Positions 8,949 to 18,543 are shown, numbered from the whole stretch's first letter. The stretch is DNA of 63,885 bases, filler included, from an uncultured bacterium (GCA_964471275.1; 5 parts of 5 records of this genome joined end to end with filler, not necessarily neighbours in it); one strand, 5' to 3'. The notes: generated by a model not told the origin, from the sequence alone. Made by a program: numbers and translations.

Positions 8949-9014
8949 TAGACAAAACTAGACAAAAAATCTTGTCTTTTATTCCAGTTGTGTCTACTTT
9001 ATTACTTGTCGACA
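8949..9014. promoter_or_regulatory. Operator-like repeat cluster in the divergent promoter region
   Basis: TAGACAAAA x2 (8949, 8959; 10-bp period), palindrome AGACAA-N6-TTGTCT (8960-8977), further half sites TGTCTA (8991) and TTGTCGACA (9006); AT-rich. Confidence 0.6.
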
Positions 9015-9042
9015 TCAACGTGGATCAGATCGAGGAGGCAGC

Positions 9043-9732
9043 GTGATCTTCAGGGACGCATTACAGGCTGAGATAAACCTTCAGGGCCTTTCGGTTGCTC
9101 GGGTTGCGGAGGCCAGTGGATTGTCGAAAGGAGCCATCTACAACATACTGAACGGTACGACCGAAGATGCTCGGATTCGACCGACAACGCGGAAGGCGCT
9201 GGCATTCGCGTGTAACCGCAAACTCAGAGTTGATGGTGACGGCGTGGCCTTCGTGGAGATCGGGGCAGAATCACTGCCGCAGCCTGTCCTCGAGACTTGT
9301 TCGGACCTCACGATAACTTGGATGGAACACAGGCCGTTTCTGGCAGAGCACCACGCTGGGACGGCATTTGACTGGCTTCAGGAGATGGAAGTATCGAGGC
9401 AGCTCCCGGGGTTGGGGGTGGTAAATCGGGTCTACCAGAATCGTCCGGATTTCCTGTCCGTTATGATACACAACAAGGGGATCTACGAGGTCACCCAGAT
9501 TCGGTCGATGTTGCGCGTTGCCTATGGGTCACCAGATCTTTCGTATACGTTTCCTGTCAACCTGGGCGACGTGCTGCTCCCGGGCGTATCAGCCGAGCAG
9601 ACGGTCTTTATCTGTGCGGGTAACCCGTATGTTCTCTCCGTAGAACAAGCCGAGTGCTCAACCGGTGAGGGCACCGTCACTGGGCCGGCTGCCCCTGTTC
9701 CCTATTCCTTCGGCGGAGGCCACGTTGATTGA
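9043..9732 (+). CDS. XRE-family HTH transcriptional regulator with unknown C-terminal domain
   Basis: RBS GAGGAGG + GTG; GLSVARVAEASGLSKGAIYNILNG HTH. Confidence 0.8.
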   Translation: MIFRDALQAEINLQGLSVARVAEASGLSKGAIYNILNGTTEDARIRPTTRKALAFACNRKLRVDGDGVAFVEIGAESLPQPVLETCSDLTITWMEHRPFLAEHHAGTAFDWLQEMEVSRQLPGLGVVNRVYQNRPDFLSVMIHNKGIYEVTQIRSMLRVAYGSPDLSYTFPVNLGDVLLPGVSAEQTVFICAGNPYVLSVEQAECSTGEGTVTGPAAPVPYSFGGGHVD

Positions 9733-11731
9733 TCTCTTGAAGAAAACAGACCGGATCCACATTCACAACGATTCCCCGGCGGAGCGTGCTCACCATTTTG
9801 GGTTCTCTGTCTACGCAGAGACGTTTGCGAAGATCATCGCAGACAGGTCTAATCAGACCCCCTTGACGATCGCCATAAATGGTGCGTGGGGCAGCGGCAA
9901 GACATCTTTGATGCGATCGATTAGAGAACTCCTTGTCGATACGACACGCGAACTGGATGGCACGGATGATTCCGTGTTCCGTCCGTGCCGGACGGTTTGG
10001 TTCAACGCGTGGAAATATTCATCACAGGACGCTATCCTGATTGCACTAGTCGAAGAGATCGTGGGACAGATGATGTCCGAGGAGTTTCCGAGGCAGAGGC
10101 TGGATCAGATGCGTCTCTCGGATGGAGGTCTTGACTGGTCTCGTATATCGACGACGGTTGCCGATCTTGTGAATGAGACGGATTCACCGGATTTGAAAGG
10201 CATGCTCTCCTCGGATGCATCACTCCTGAAGAATCTCCCGCTGCTTCGAGAATTCGAGCGCTTTCTCGATCGGTTGATCAGTTGGTCTATCACAGGAGTG
10301 GCATCACGACTTCGCCCAGAATCATTCAGCGATACGGATGGTGCTCTCGTCTTCTTTATTGATGATCTGGATCGGTGTCAGCCCACGCGTGTTGCCCGCG
10401 TGCTGGAGACGGTTAAGCTGTTCATGGATCGGCCGGGATGTGTGTTTGTGCTCGGAATGGACAGTGAAATCGTCGAGAAGTCGGTGAAGGCACAGTATCG
10501 CAGTATTGACGGGTTCGATGAGCACGCGTATATGGACAAGATCGTGCAGCTCCAATTCAACCTTCCGCCAATCCGACCCGAGCACATCCAGGGGTATATA
10601 CGGGAGGACCTTGTCGATGGCCGCTTCGAACAGAATCCGATCCTTAGGTATCTGGAAACAGTTTCAGAAGCAGTAGAAGCAAATCCCAGGACGGTGAAGC
10701 GTTTCCTCAATACTTTCGCCATCCAGCGTAGCCTGGCGGAGCGAAGAGGGTTCCTAAAAGACGGCGTGATGGACGAGGATCTTCTGGCAAAGTGGATCAT
10801 CATCTCTTTCTCCTTCGAAAAATTCTCCGAGCGCGCACTTCAGAGGCCGTTGCTTATTGCCGAAGTACAGGATATCGTCAGGGAGGTCGACCTGGACTCG
10901 GGCGAGCCATCAACAGCCGATCGCATCCCACCGCATCTTCAGGAGTTCTTCGAGGACCGACGGCTTGTAGGTTTACTTCGTCACGGCAAACCGTTTCCTT
11001 CTGACGAGGAACAGATCTCGGTCTACACGCACCTGAGCGAATCGACTCAACCCAGAAGGCCGTCTGCGGATTCTGTCCGTTCGTCAACGGGCGAGTCAAT
11101 GGATGGCATGATCCCGGTTTCTCGGGGCAAGTTCCTGGCAGGAGAGATGAACCGCACCGCGTATGTGGATGCATTCGAGATCGATGTCTATCCCGTGACA
11201 AATCGTCAATTCCAGCGTTTCCGGGACGCGGCGGGTTATGCACTCCTCCCCGAACACTGGGAGGATGGGGCATATCCTGTCGGGAAGGCGGATCATCCTG
11301 TAGTCAATGTGAATCACGAGGACGCAGAGGCGTATGCGGAGTGGGCGGATAAGCGGTTGGCAACAGAACAGGAGTGGGAGAAGGCGGCTCGGGGTCCGAA
11401 TGGCCGTGTCTATCCCTGGGGGAATACGTTCAACCGTCATAATTGCAACAATGTGGAGGTCTTGCGACACGATACGACGGAAGTTACGGCACACCCGAAT
11501 GGTGCCAGTCAGTACGGGGTATACGATCTGTGCGGCAACGTCTGGGAGTGGACGACCACAGACGTCTTCCCTGATCGAGCCGATGCAAAGGTGCTCCGCG
11601 GTGGTAGCTGGGCGAGTCCGAAGGAGAACGTGATGAGCACGACGAGGGCCTACGAGAAACCCGAACGTCGTCGTCGGGACGTTGGGTTTCGCTGCGTGAG
11701 AGATCTGGAAGAGACTACTGATGAAGCGTGA
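9725..11731 (+). CDS. KAP-family P-loop NTPase fused to FGE-sulfatase (SUMF1-like) domain
   Basis: Start moved to TTG 9725 (GGAGG RBS, overlaps XRE stop). KAP motifs GAWGSGKTS, WFNAWKY, FIDDLDRC, YMDKIVQLQF, NPRTVKRFLN; FGE-like motifs YPVTN, HPVVNV, TEQEWEKAARG, YPWG, GNVWEW, RGGSW, GFRC. Confidence 0.9.
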   Translation: MIDLLKKTDRIHIHNDSPAERAHHFGFSVYAETFAKIIADRSNQTPLTIAINGAWGSGKTSLMRSIRELLVDTTRELDGTDDSVFRPCRTVWFNAWKYSSQDAILIALVEEIVGQMMSEEFPRQRLDQMRLSDGGLDWSRISTTVADLVNETDSPDLKGMLSSDASLLKNLPLLREFERFLDRLISWSITGVASRLRPESFSDTDGALVFFIDDLDRCQPTRVARVLETVKLFMDRPGCVFVLGMDSEIVEKSVKAQYRSIDGFDEHAYMDKIVQLQFNLPPIRPEHIQGYIREDLVDGRFEQNPILRYLETVSEAVEANPRTVKRFLNTFAIQRSLAERRGFLKDGVMDEDLLAKWIIISFSFEKFSERALQRPLLIAEVQDIVREVDLDSGEPSTADRIPPHLQEFFEDRRLVGLLRHGKPFPSDEEQISVYTHLSESTQPRRPSADSVRSSTGESMDGMIPVSRGKFLAGEMNRTAYVDAFEIDVYPVTNRQFQRFRDAAGYALLPEHWEDGAYPVGKADHPVVNVNHEDAEAYAEWADKRLATEQEWEKAARGPNGRVYPWGNTFNRHNCNNVEVLRHDTTEVTAHPNGASQYGVYDLCGNVWEWTTTDVFPDRADAKVLRGGSWASPKENVMSTTRAYEKPERRRRDVGFRCVRDLEETTDEA

Positions 11732-12443
11732 AATACTCAGGAGCCGAGTAGGGATCTGTGGGGTGCTGGTGGTCCTCACTGTTGCCGCGGGAATCTCTGC
11801 CCAGGGTACGGATCTTCTGACCGGGAAGCAGCTTTTCCGGTCTACCGAGATCTCGAAGACGAGTCTGACTTGCTGGCACTGTCACGCCAACTTCAACGAG
11901 AAGAAGACGCCAGACGATTACGTGCGTCCGGGTCATCCCATGTACAACGTGGGATTCCGGTCGGGGTGGAGCCGGTGGGACCAGACGCCGCTCCCCACGC
12001 TCGAGGACGCCATCTCCAGCTGTATGACGAGATGGATGACGGAGCGGCGTCAAGAGGGCTACGTAGGAGAGGATGCCCCCGCACATCGGGTGCGCCAGTT
12101 GGCGGCCTATCTTCGGTCAGAAGAAATATCTCCGGAGCAGAAATCCAAACCGCTCGAACCGATTCTTGATGACAAACTACCCAGTGTTCGAATGCTCGGT
12201 GTGGGAGACCCGGCATTTGGTGGGGTGGTGTTCAGGCAATCCTGTGGGATCTGTCATAAATTGGATGGGACGGGGCCAGCGCCCTCGCTCGTAAGGAATG
12301 GATACAGTCGATACCAAATCGCAAAGAAGGTCCGGGGACTCGACAAGATGGGACTGAACGGTCTGATTATGCCATCATTCTCAAAAGATCGGCTTTCGGA
12401 CAGGCAGCTTCTCAATATCGTTGCCTACATCTACCAGCTGTGA
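11721..12443 (+). CDS. Periplasmic diheme cytochrome c, TsdA/SoxA-like
   Basis: Signal peptide; CWHCH and CGICH; TLEDAISSCMTRWM candidate Cys ligand; C-terminal IMP Met ligand; start overlaps the upstream gene. Confidence 0.8.
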   Translation: MKREILRSRVGICGVLVVLTVAAGISAQGTDLLTGKQLFRSTEISKTSLTCWHCHANFNEKKTPDDYVRPGHPMYNVGFRSGWSRWDQTPLPTLEDAISSCMTRWMTERRQEGYVGEDAPAHRVRQLAAYLRSEEISPEQKSKPLEPILDDKLPSVRMLGVGDPAFGGVVFRQSCGICHKLDGTGPAPSLVRNGYSRYQIAKKVRGLDKMGLNGLIMPSFSKDRLSDRQLLNIVAYIYQL

Positions 12444-12468
12444 CTGCGAGAACGTGTGGTTTCGATTG

Positions 12469-12499
12469 GCTCCAGCATCCAGGTGATGCTGGAGTTTTT
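12469..12499 (+). terminator. Intrinsic terminator closing the XRE-KAP/FGE-cytochrome operon
   Basis: GCTCCAGCATC-caggt-GATGCTGGAGT followed by TTTTCTCTTT. Confidence 0.8.
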
Positions 12500-12607
12500 C
12501 TCTTTCCATGGGCGCCTTGACACTCGCTGATCAGGCTCGTTTATTCCCGGGGCCTTTGCCGGGGCAAGTTCCGTATCGCCGCTATTGAAGAGGAATTGAG
12601 ATCTCAC

Positions 12608-13438
12608 ATGGAACTCTGGCAGATCATTCTGCTGCCGATCTACTGCCTGGCACTCGGCTCACTCATGGTATTCAGCTTTCACCGGTTCGTGATGGTGCAT
12701 CTCTACTTCAAGAACCGGAGTAACATCTCTCTCGAACGGGCGATTTCCGAAGATCTCCTTCCCTTCGTTACCGTTCAACTCCCGATATACAACGAGTACT
12801 ACGTAGTGGAGCGCCTCATTCGGTCGGTTGCGGCCTTCGACTACCCTAGACACCTTCTGGAAATTCAGGTTCTGGATGACTCTACTGATGAGACCTCCGA
12901 GATCGTCGTCCGATGTGTGTCGGAGTTTCGATCGGCCGGTGTTGACATCGCCGTGATCCGGCGGACGAACCGTAGCGGTTACAAGGCTGGCGCACTCAAG
13001 GTCGGCATGGCCGTGGCCAAAGGCGAATACCTGGCAGTATTTGACGCGGATTTTGTGCCCCGCCCGGATTTCCTCCGGCGCACGATTCCGTATCTGGTCG
13101 AGCGTCCTAAGGTCGGCATGGTTCAGATGCGCTGGGCACACCTGAACAGGGACTATTCCCTGATAACGAAAGTCCAATCTATCTTTCTCGACGGTCATTT
13201 TGTGATGGAACACGGTGCACGAAGCCGGTCGGGACTCTTCTTCAACTTCAACGGCACAGCGGGTGTGTGGAGAAAGAGGTGTATCGAGGAAGCCGGCGGG
13301 TGGGAACACGATACGCTTACGGAGGACCTGGACCTCAGCTACCGTGCCCAGATCGAGGGTTGGGAATTCTTGTATCTGAACGACAGAACGGCACCCGCCG
13401 AGGTCCCTGTTACCGTGAATGGGTGGAAGGCCCAGCAA
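12608..13438 (+). CDS. GT2 cellulose-synthase-like glycosyltransferase (3' truncated by contig end)
   Basis: TVQLPIYNE, QVLDDS, GYKAGAL, FDADF, FNGTAG, TEDLDLS; breaks at QQ of the QxxRW motif. TTGACA at 12517 upstream. Confidence 0.9.
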
Positions 13439-13538
13439 NNNNNNNNNNNNNNNNNNNNNNNNNNNNNNNNNNNNNNNNNNNNTTAATTAATTAANNNNNN
13501 NNNNNNNNNNNNNNNNNNNNNNNNNNNNNNNNNNNNNN
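13439..13538. other. Artificial contig spacer
   Basis: N44-TTAATTAATTAA-N44 (stops in all six frames). Confidence 0.99.
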
Positions 13539-13950
13539 CGACAACAGTAGAGTCATGAAACTGCTGATCAAACGGTTGAGCTACATGAACATTCAGCCCT
13601 ACTACGTGTTCCTCCACGATCTGGTTGCGGGTGTCGAAGATCTGCGGACGACGTTACGAACAGGACTGAATATCGAAAAATGTGTTCGCGGAGCAACGGC
13701 CGGCTACAACACGCCGACATTTGTAGTAGACACGATGGGCGGGGGCGGAAAGCGTGACGCGCATTCCTATGAAGCGTATGACGAAGAGAATGGGATCGCC
13801 GTCTTCACAAGCCCGGGTCTGAGACCCGGTGAGCATCTGATGTACTTCGACCCGATCGATACATTGTCGGATGAGGCGCAGTCGAGGTGGCGCGACGAGG
13901 GAATGCGGAAGCAGATGATGACCAATGTATTGGCAGACGTGCGCGGATAG
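13539..13950 (+). CDS. KamA-family (lysine 2,3-aminomutase-like) radical SAM protein, C-terminal part
   Basis: IQPYYVFLHDLVAGVEDLRT, TPTFVVDTMGGGGK; 5' end cut by contig edge. Confidence 0.8.
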
Positions 13951-13963
13951 CGTCGATTGTCAC

Positions 13964-14042
13964 GATGTGTGTGTAGGGGCGGCCCTGGAGGGACGCCCTT
14001 ACCCGGATGTGTGAGAGGGCGACCTGGTGGGGTGCCCCGTCC
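13964..14042. repeat. Two degenerate REP-like palindromes between convergent genes
   Basis: GATGTG..GTAGGGGCG-N12-CGCCCTTAC (13973-14002) and GATGTGTGAGAGGGCGACC...GGTGCCCC (14006-14038). Confidence 0.5.
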
Positions 14043-14044
14043 TG

Positions 14045-14503
14045 TCAATCACGGAGCCAGCGGGCAAGCGCTTTGTCCGGGGACGAAAGCTCTTCGATGC
14101 TGGTGTAGAACCAATCTTCCCAACCCTCCTCGGGTAGACCGGTGAACAACATCAGGTTCAGGGGATAGCTCTCGCTGTCCGTACAGCGTCTGAAGTCGTC
14201 TCGGAACAGAAAGGTCGGTTTCTTGAGTGCGATGGCGGCGCCCAGTTCGACCATCACACCCTCGTCGGGCGGAGTTCCGTTGACAATCGCGAAGATCGCA
14301 TCCGACTCGACCACGTCCCGAAGGTCGGCTTGTCCAACCCGGTAGGCCCAGCCCGCCTCGTCCAGATCAATCTGGTTATTCCGTGAAAATGGCTCCCAGA
14401 CCTCGCAACCCAGGTCAGTGAGCGCGTTGACGAAGGTCGGCAGAAGGGAGTGCTTCCACTGATGCGAGAATCCGTAGGGACTGGCGAGGTAGATGCGTTT
14501 CAT
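14045..14503 (-). CDS. Nucleoside 2-deoxyribosyltransferase family protein
   Basis: IYLASPYGF, D..DV.ESDAI, PDEGVMVELG, NLML. Confidence 0.9.
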   Translation of the reverse strand: MKRIYLASPYGFSHQWKHSLLPTFVNALTDLGCEVWEPFSRNNQIDLDEAGWAYRVGQADLRDVVESDAIFAIVNGTPPDEGVMVELGAAIALKKPTFLFRDDFRRCTDSESYPLNLMLFTGLPEEGWEDWFYTSIEELSSPDKALARWLRD

Positions 14504-14588
14504 TGAGGATCTATGATTGAAGAATGAGGATTGAAGGACAAAGGTCAGCCTTAAGAGCGAGGCCTCGTCTCAGACCGACGAGCGTGTC

Positions 14589-14784
14589 ACCGTTCTCCCT
14601 GAGTGCCGTCGTGGCCGAACAGATGGCCGGTTGCCTGATGCTGTAGAGAATAATCACATTTCAACGAAGGGTGACCGGCACGTGAGTCCGCAATGGCTCT
14701 TGCAGCCTTCGATACGGCAAGCGCTTCGCTACTTTCACTGGAACCGACTGCTGATCAGCTATTTGCCTACTCAGGGAGATCGGT
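14589..14784. repeat. 196-nt element bounded by 16-bp inverted repeats (REP/MITE-like or structured RNA)
   Basis: ACCGTTCTCCCTGAGT ... ACTCAGGGAGATCGGT (15/16 complementary); internal CCTTCGATACGGC at 14706. Confidence 0.5.
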
Positions 14785-14839
14785 TGCCGCAAACCGATAG
14801 ACCCTTACTCAACCTCTATTACACCCGATGCCAAGCAAG

Positions 14840-15661
14840 CTAGTCTGCCAGGTGTCTCTCAAGGAGCGCTTTGCTCTTCAGGACACCCTCATGATCGTCG
14901 GTTTTGCCTTCGTATTCGATCCCCCAGGGATTCGAGTAATCAGCATCCTTGAGTATCTGAACGGCAGCAGCACAGTCGATTTCAGGGGACTCTCCGTTTT
15001 CGTCAAAGGTCAGGAACTTGCCGTGTATGGCCCACGAATAGGAAGCGACCTTGCGCAGGTTTTCGAGCTTGTCATCCTCCTCCGGCCAGTTCAGGAAGTC
15101 GGCCAAGATACAGCAATACTTGCTGTTAACAGCGTCCATGATGCGCGTCATGACGCCCGGGTTGAACGAGATGCCACCGTGGTTCTCCATCATCAGACGG
15201 ATGTCCGCTTTTCCGCTGAACTCAGACAGCTCGCCAAAGCTCTTGATGCACTGTTCGACCTTGGCTTCGTCATCACCGTCTCCACGACCGCCGCTGTTGG
15301 TGCGGAAGGAGTTGCAGCCGAGAGCAACACAGATGTCGACCCATTTCTTGTGATTTTCGACGGCCTGGGTTCGCTTCATTTCGTCGATCGACGACATGTC
15401 GCCGTGCCCATCGACGGCGATGTTCAGACAGGCGACGCCAAGGTCATCTGCTCGCTGCTTAAGCTCTTTGATATAGTTGCCCGATATTGCACTAGTTGCC
15501 TGGTCATCGGGGTTGTCGTAAACAAAGAACGGGCTGTTCAACTCGAGCAGATGAATGCCAAATTCTTCGGCCGCAACCTTGGGGTAGTCGAGAAGAGGGA
15601 GCGGATTGTCTTCCGCTCGGAACCTGCGGTGTATGCTCCATCCTGCCAGCGAAATGTCCAT
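14840..15661 (-). CDS. Sugar phosphate isomerase/epimerase (xylose-isomerase-like TIM barrel)
   Basis: MENHGG, LADF.N, IHGK, GIEYEG metal-ligand pattern. Confidence 0.9.
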   Translation of the reverse strand: MDISLAGWSIHRRFRAEDNPLPLLDYPKVAAEEFGIHLLELNSPFFVYDNPDDQATSAISGNYIKELKQRADDLGVACLNIAVDGHGDMSSIDEMKRTQAVENHKKWVDICVALGCNSFRTNSGGRGDGDDEAKVEQCIKSFGELSEFSGKADIRLMMENHGGISFNPGVMTRIMDAVNSKYCCILADFLNWPEEDDKLENLRKVASYSWAIHGKFLTFDENGESPEIDCAAAVQILKDADYSNPWGIEYEGKTDDHEGVLKSKALLERHLAD

Positions 15662-15765
15662 CGGGTCCTCCGTTACAGGTCAACTGTTGCCTGACGTGAT
15701 CGTGAAGAATATACTACGCACCCTCCCTCCGTGTTCGTCTATCTCTACACATCTGCAGAGGTTTC

Positions 15766-17055
15766 TTGCCCTTTCTGCCTGAAGACCGGGACTCCCGGTT
15801 CAATTTCGTTGTCGGAAGCATCCAGGGCGCCGTCTTCGTGTTTGGCGTCTCGTTTATAGATCCGATGACGGTGTTGCCGATTTTCGTGAAGCACTTCACG
15901 CAATCCGATTTCCTTGTCGGTCTGGCGAGTTCGCTTCATCGTGCCGGCTGGCACCTACCTCAACTGTTCATCTCGGGATATGTCGAACGGACGCCGAGGC
16001 GGCTTGGAGTCTATCTCTGGGCGAACGCCGGGCGGATGACGTTGCTGAGCACATTCTTGCCGGTGCTGTACTACTACGGCACCGATCGTTCTGCTATGGT
16101 GTTGAGTTCCTTATAATGTATGGATGTTCCCATCTGTTTGGCGGGGTTGCCGGTCTTCCTTTCTCAGATCTTATAGGCAAGACTATACCCCGTTCACACT
16201 GGGGGCGGTTCTACGCGCTGCGATTATTTCTCGGGAACGGTGTGATGAGTGTTGTCGCAGGGCTTCTGATATGGGTAATTCTGGCAGATGAAGCCGGCTA
16301 CCCTTTTTCGACCAATTTTGTGATCCTCTTTGGATGCGCAGTGGCTCTGATGACGGCAGGCTTCCTGCTTTTTGGTTTTCTGCGAGAGCGATCCGGGAAG
16401 GTTTCCGCTGTTCGACAATCCGTTCGGATGATCGTAGCCGAGGTCCCACGACTCCTCAAGTCGGATGAGAACTACCGACGGATGTTCATTACCCAAATGC
16501 TGGCCGCGACGAGCGGTCTGGCTCTGCCCTTCTATATCATCGTTGCGCGTGAGCGGTTCGCCGTCGATCTGAGTACCGTCGGAATCTTTCTGATGACACA
16601 AACAGTTGGTGTTACCGTTTCGAATCTGGTCTGGGGGTGGGTTTCATCGCGGTTCGGCAACCGCTCGATCATCCAATGGGGCCCTGGTTTGCCAGTTGGC
16701 CACGCCGGTGTATGCGTGGTGGATTATGTTCGGGATGGCTCACTTGCTCGAACACGCGTCGCCCATAACGATATTGATCACGTTTATGCCGATCTTCTTT
16801 CTTGCAGGGGCGACGGTTACAGGGAGCTTTGTGGGATTCAAGAGCTATCTTCTGGATATCGCCCCCGAGGAAAGGCGACCGACCTATATCGGGATCACAA
16901 GCACGATGATTGGGATCGCTTCGCTTTTTCCTGCTTTAGGTGGAACACTGGCCGGTTCGATCGGCCACGACGCTGTTTTCGTACTTACCGTACTTGCTCT
17001 TGCCGCCGGTCTCTGGATCTCCAGAGGGCTTGGTGCAGTCAGAGAACACATATGA
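15766..17055 (+). pseudogene. MFS transporter split by two frameshifts
   Basis: Hydrophobic MFS-like sequence continues over three ORFs (15766-16116, 16116-~16680, ~16682-17055, with DIAPEERRPTYIG). Shifts lie at ~16105-16116 and the GGGG run 16678-16681. Confidence 0.8.
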
Positions 17056-17067
17056 TGGAGCGATGAG

Positions 17068-18543
17068 ATGGCAGATCGCAGACCCAATATCCTATTCGTC
17101 CTGACCGATCAGCAGAGATATGACACGATCGCGGCCGGGGGAAACCCCTTTATCAAGACCCCGACGATGGATCGGTTGTGTCGGGAAGGGACCCGGTTCA
17201 ACCGTGCCTATACACCTTCACCCGTGTGTGTGTCGGCACGTGGCAGCCTGATTACGGGACAATATCCGCACAACAGCGGGTGCTATGACAATGGCTTTCA
17301 GATGCCGACGGACAGACCTACGATGATGGATCTCCTGTCACGTGCCGGGTATGCGTGCCACGGCGCAGGGAAGATGCACTTCACACCGGAGAAGGATGCG
17401 CTCCGTGGGTTTCGGTCGCGCGATCGACAGGAGGAAATAGGCAGCTCCGTCGAAAGGGACGACTATCTGCGGTTTGTTCACGAGAACGGTTTTGAACACG
17501 TGCACGACGTGATGGGCGCGCGAGGCGAGATGTATTACATCCCGCAGATCAGTCAACTGCCTGCCCGACTCCATCCCTCGGCGTGGGTGGCTGACCGCAG
17601 TCTCGATTTTCTGGACCAGCGAGACGATTCGGAGCCATTCTTCCTTTGGTCCAGTTTTATCCATCCGCATCCGCCGTTCTCGCCGCCGACGCCTTGGAAC
17701 AAGCTCTATCGCGGGCCGAACATGCCTCGCCCCAAGCGGTGCGATTACCAGGAAGATCTGTGGACCTACTTCAACCGCCACCAGAATCGCTACAAGTACC
17801 GTGATCAGGGCCTGGACGACAACTTGCTTCGAGTGATGCGTGGCTACTATTGGGCGTGCGTGTCGTTTATCGACTACCAGGTTGGTCGGATCATTGACAA
17901 ACTCGAAGCGAAGGGAGAACTCGACAACACGCTCATCGTCTGGTCCTCTGATCACGGTGAGTTTCTGGGTGACTACGATTGCTTCGGAAAACGCGGTTTC
18001 CTCGACCCGGCCGCAAGAATCCCAATGTTGGCAAGACTGCCGGGGCGTTTTGCTGCAGATACCGTGGAAGAAACGCCGTGCTCGCTTGTGGATCTGATTC
18101 CCACGTTTCTGGGTGCTGGGGGCGCTGACTGCGGAGAGGCCGAGCTGGACGGGCGAGATCTGGCCGAACTCGTGGGGAGTGGAGAGGATCGGACCGTGTA
18201 TGGTCAGCTTCAGGTGGGTGATCGAGGGCTCTACATGGCGTGTGATCAAGCGTTTAAATACTACTATTCGGCGGCTGACCAGAAGGAATACCTGATCGAT
18301 CTGAAGACGGATCCGGAGGAGACGCGGAACTGTGCGGAGAACCCGCTATACCAGCAAGACCTGCAGGTCATGCGCTCGCGGCTGATCGGGTATTTCAAGG
18401 ACGAGGGATATACCGATCCGATCGAGGGGGGGGGGTGGAAGGTGTATGAGAAATGGGAGATCCCTACGAGCCCGGATGCGGGGTTGTTGATACAGGATGC
18501 GGGTTGGTCGAAGCCGTTCTATGAGATCGAAGGGTATAGCTAG
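17068..18543 (+). CDS. Cys-type sulfatase
   Basis: PNILFVLTDQQR, SPVCVSARGSLITGQYP, GKMH, PHPP, SDHGE. Confidence 0.95.
   Translation: MADRRPNILFVLTDQQRYDTIAAGGNPFIKTPTMDRLCREGTRFNRAYTPSPVCVSARGSLITGQYPHNSGCYDNGFQMPTDRPTMMDLLSRAGYACHGAGKMHFTPEKDALRGFRSRDRQEEIGSSVERDDYLRFVHENGFEHVHDVMGARGEMYYIPQISQLPARLHPSAWVADRSLDFLDQRDDSEPFFLWSSFIHPHPPFSPPTPWNKLYRGPNMPRPKRCDYQEDLWTYFNRHQNRYKYRDQGLDDNLLRVMRGYYWACVSFIDYQVGRIIDKLEAKGELDNTLIVWSSDHGEFLGDYDCFGKRGFLDPAARIPMLARLPGRFAADTVEETPCSLVDLIPTFLGAGGADCGEAELDGRDLAELVGSGEDRTVYGQLQVGDRGLYMACDQAFKYYYSAADQKEYLIDLKTDPEETRNCAENPLYQQDLQVMRSRLIGYFKDEGYTDPIEGGGWKVYEKWEIPTSPDAGLLIQDAGWSKPFYEIEGYS

Noticed and set aside
11580..11700. FGE/C-type-lectin C-terminus as a diversity-generating retroelement target
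   Set aside because: No template repeat or reverse transcriptase seen in the window; cannot be excluded elsewhere in the genome.
11100..11731. FGE domain as the maturase for the sulfatase at 17068
   Set aside because: Catalytic cysteines are absent and the two genes are on different contigs.
13439..13538. TTAATTAATTAA palindromes recurring about every 13.4 kb
   Set aside because: Artificial contig linkers flanked by N44; not biological, and adjacency across them is meaningless.
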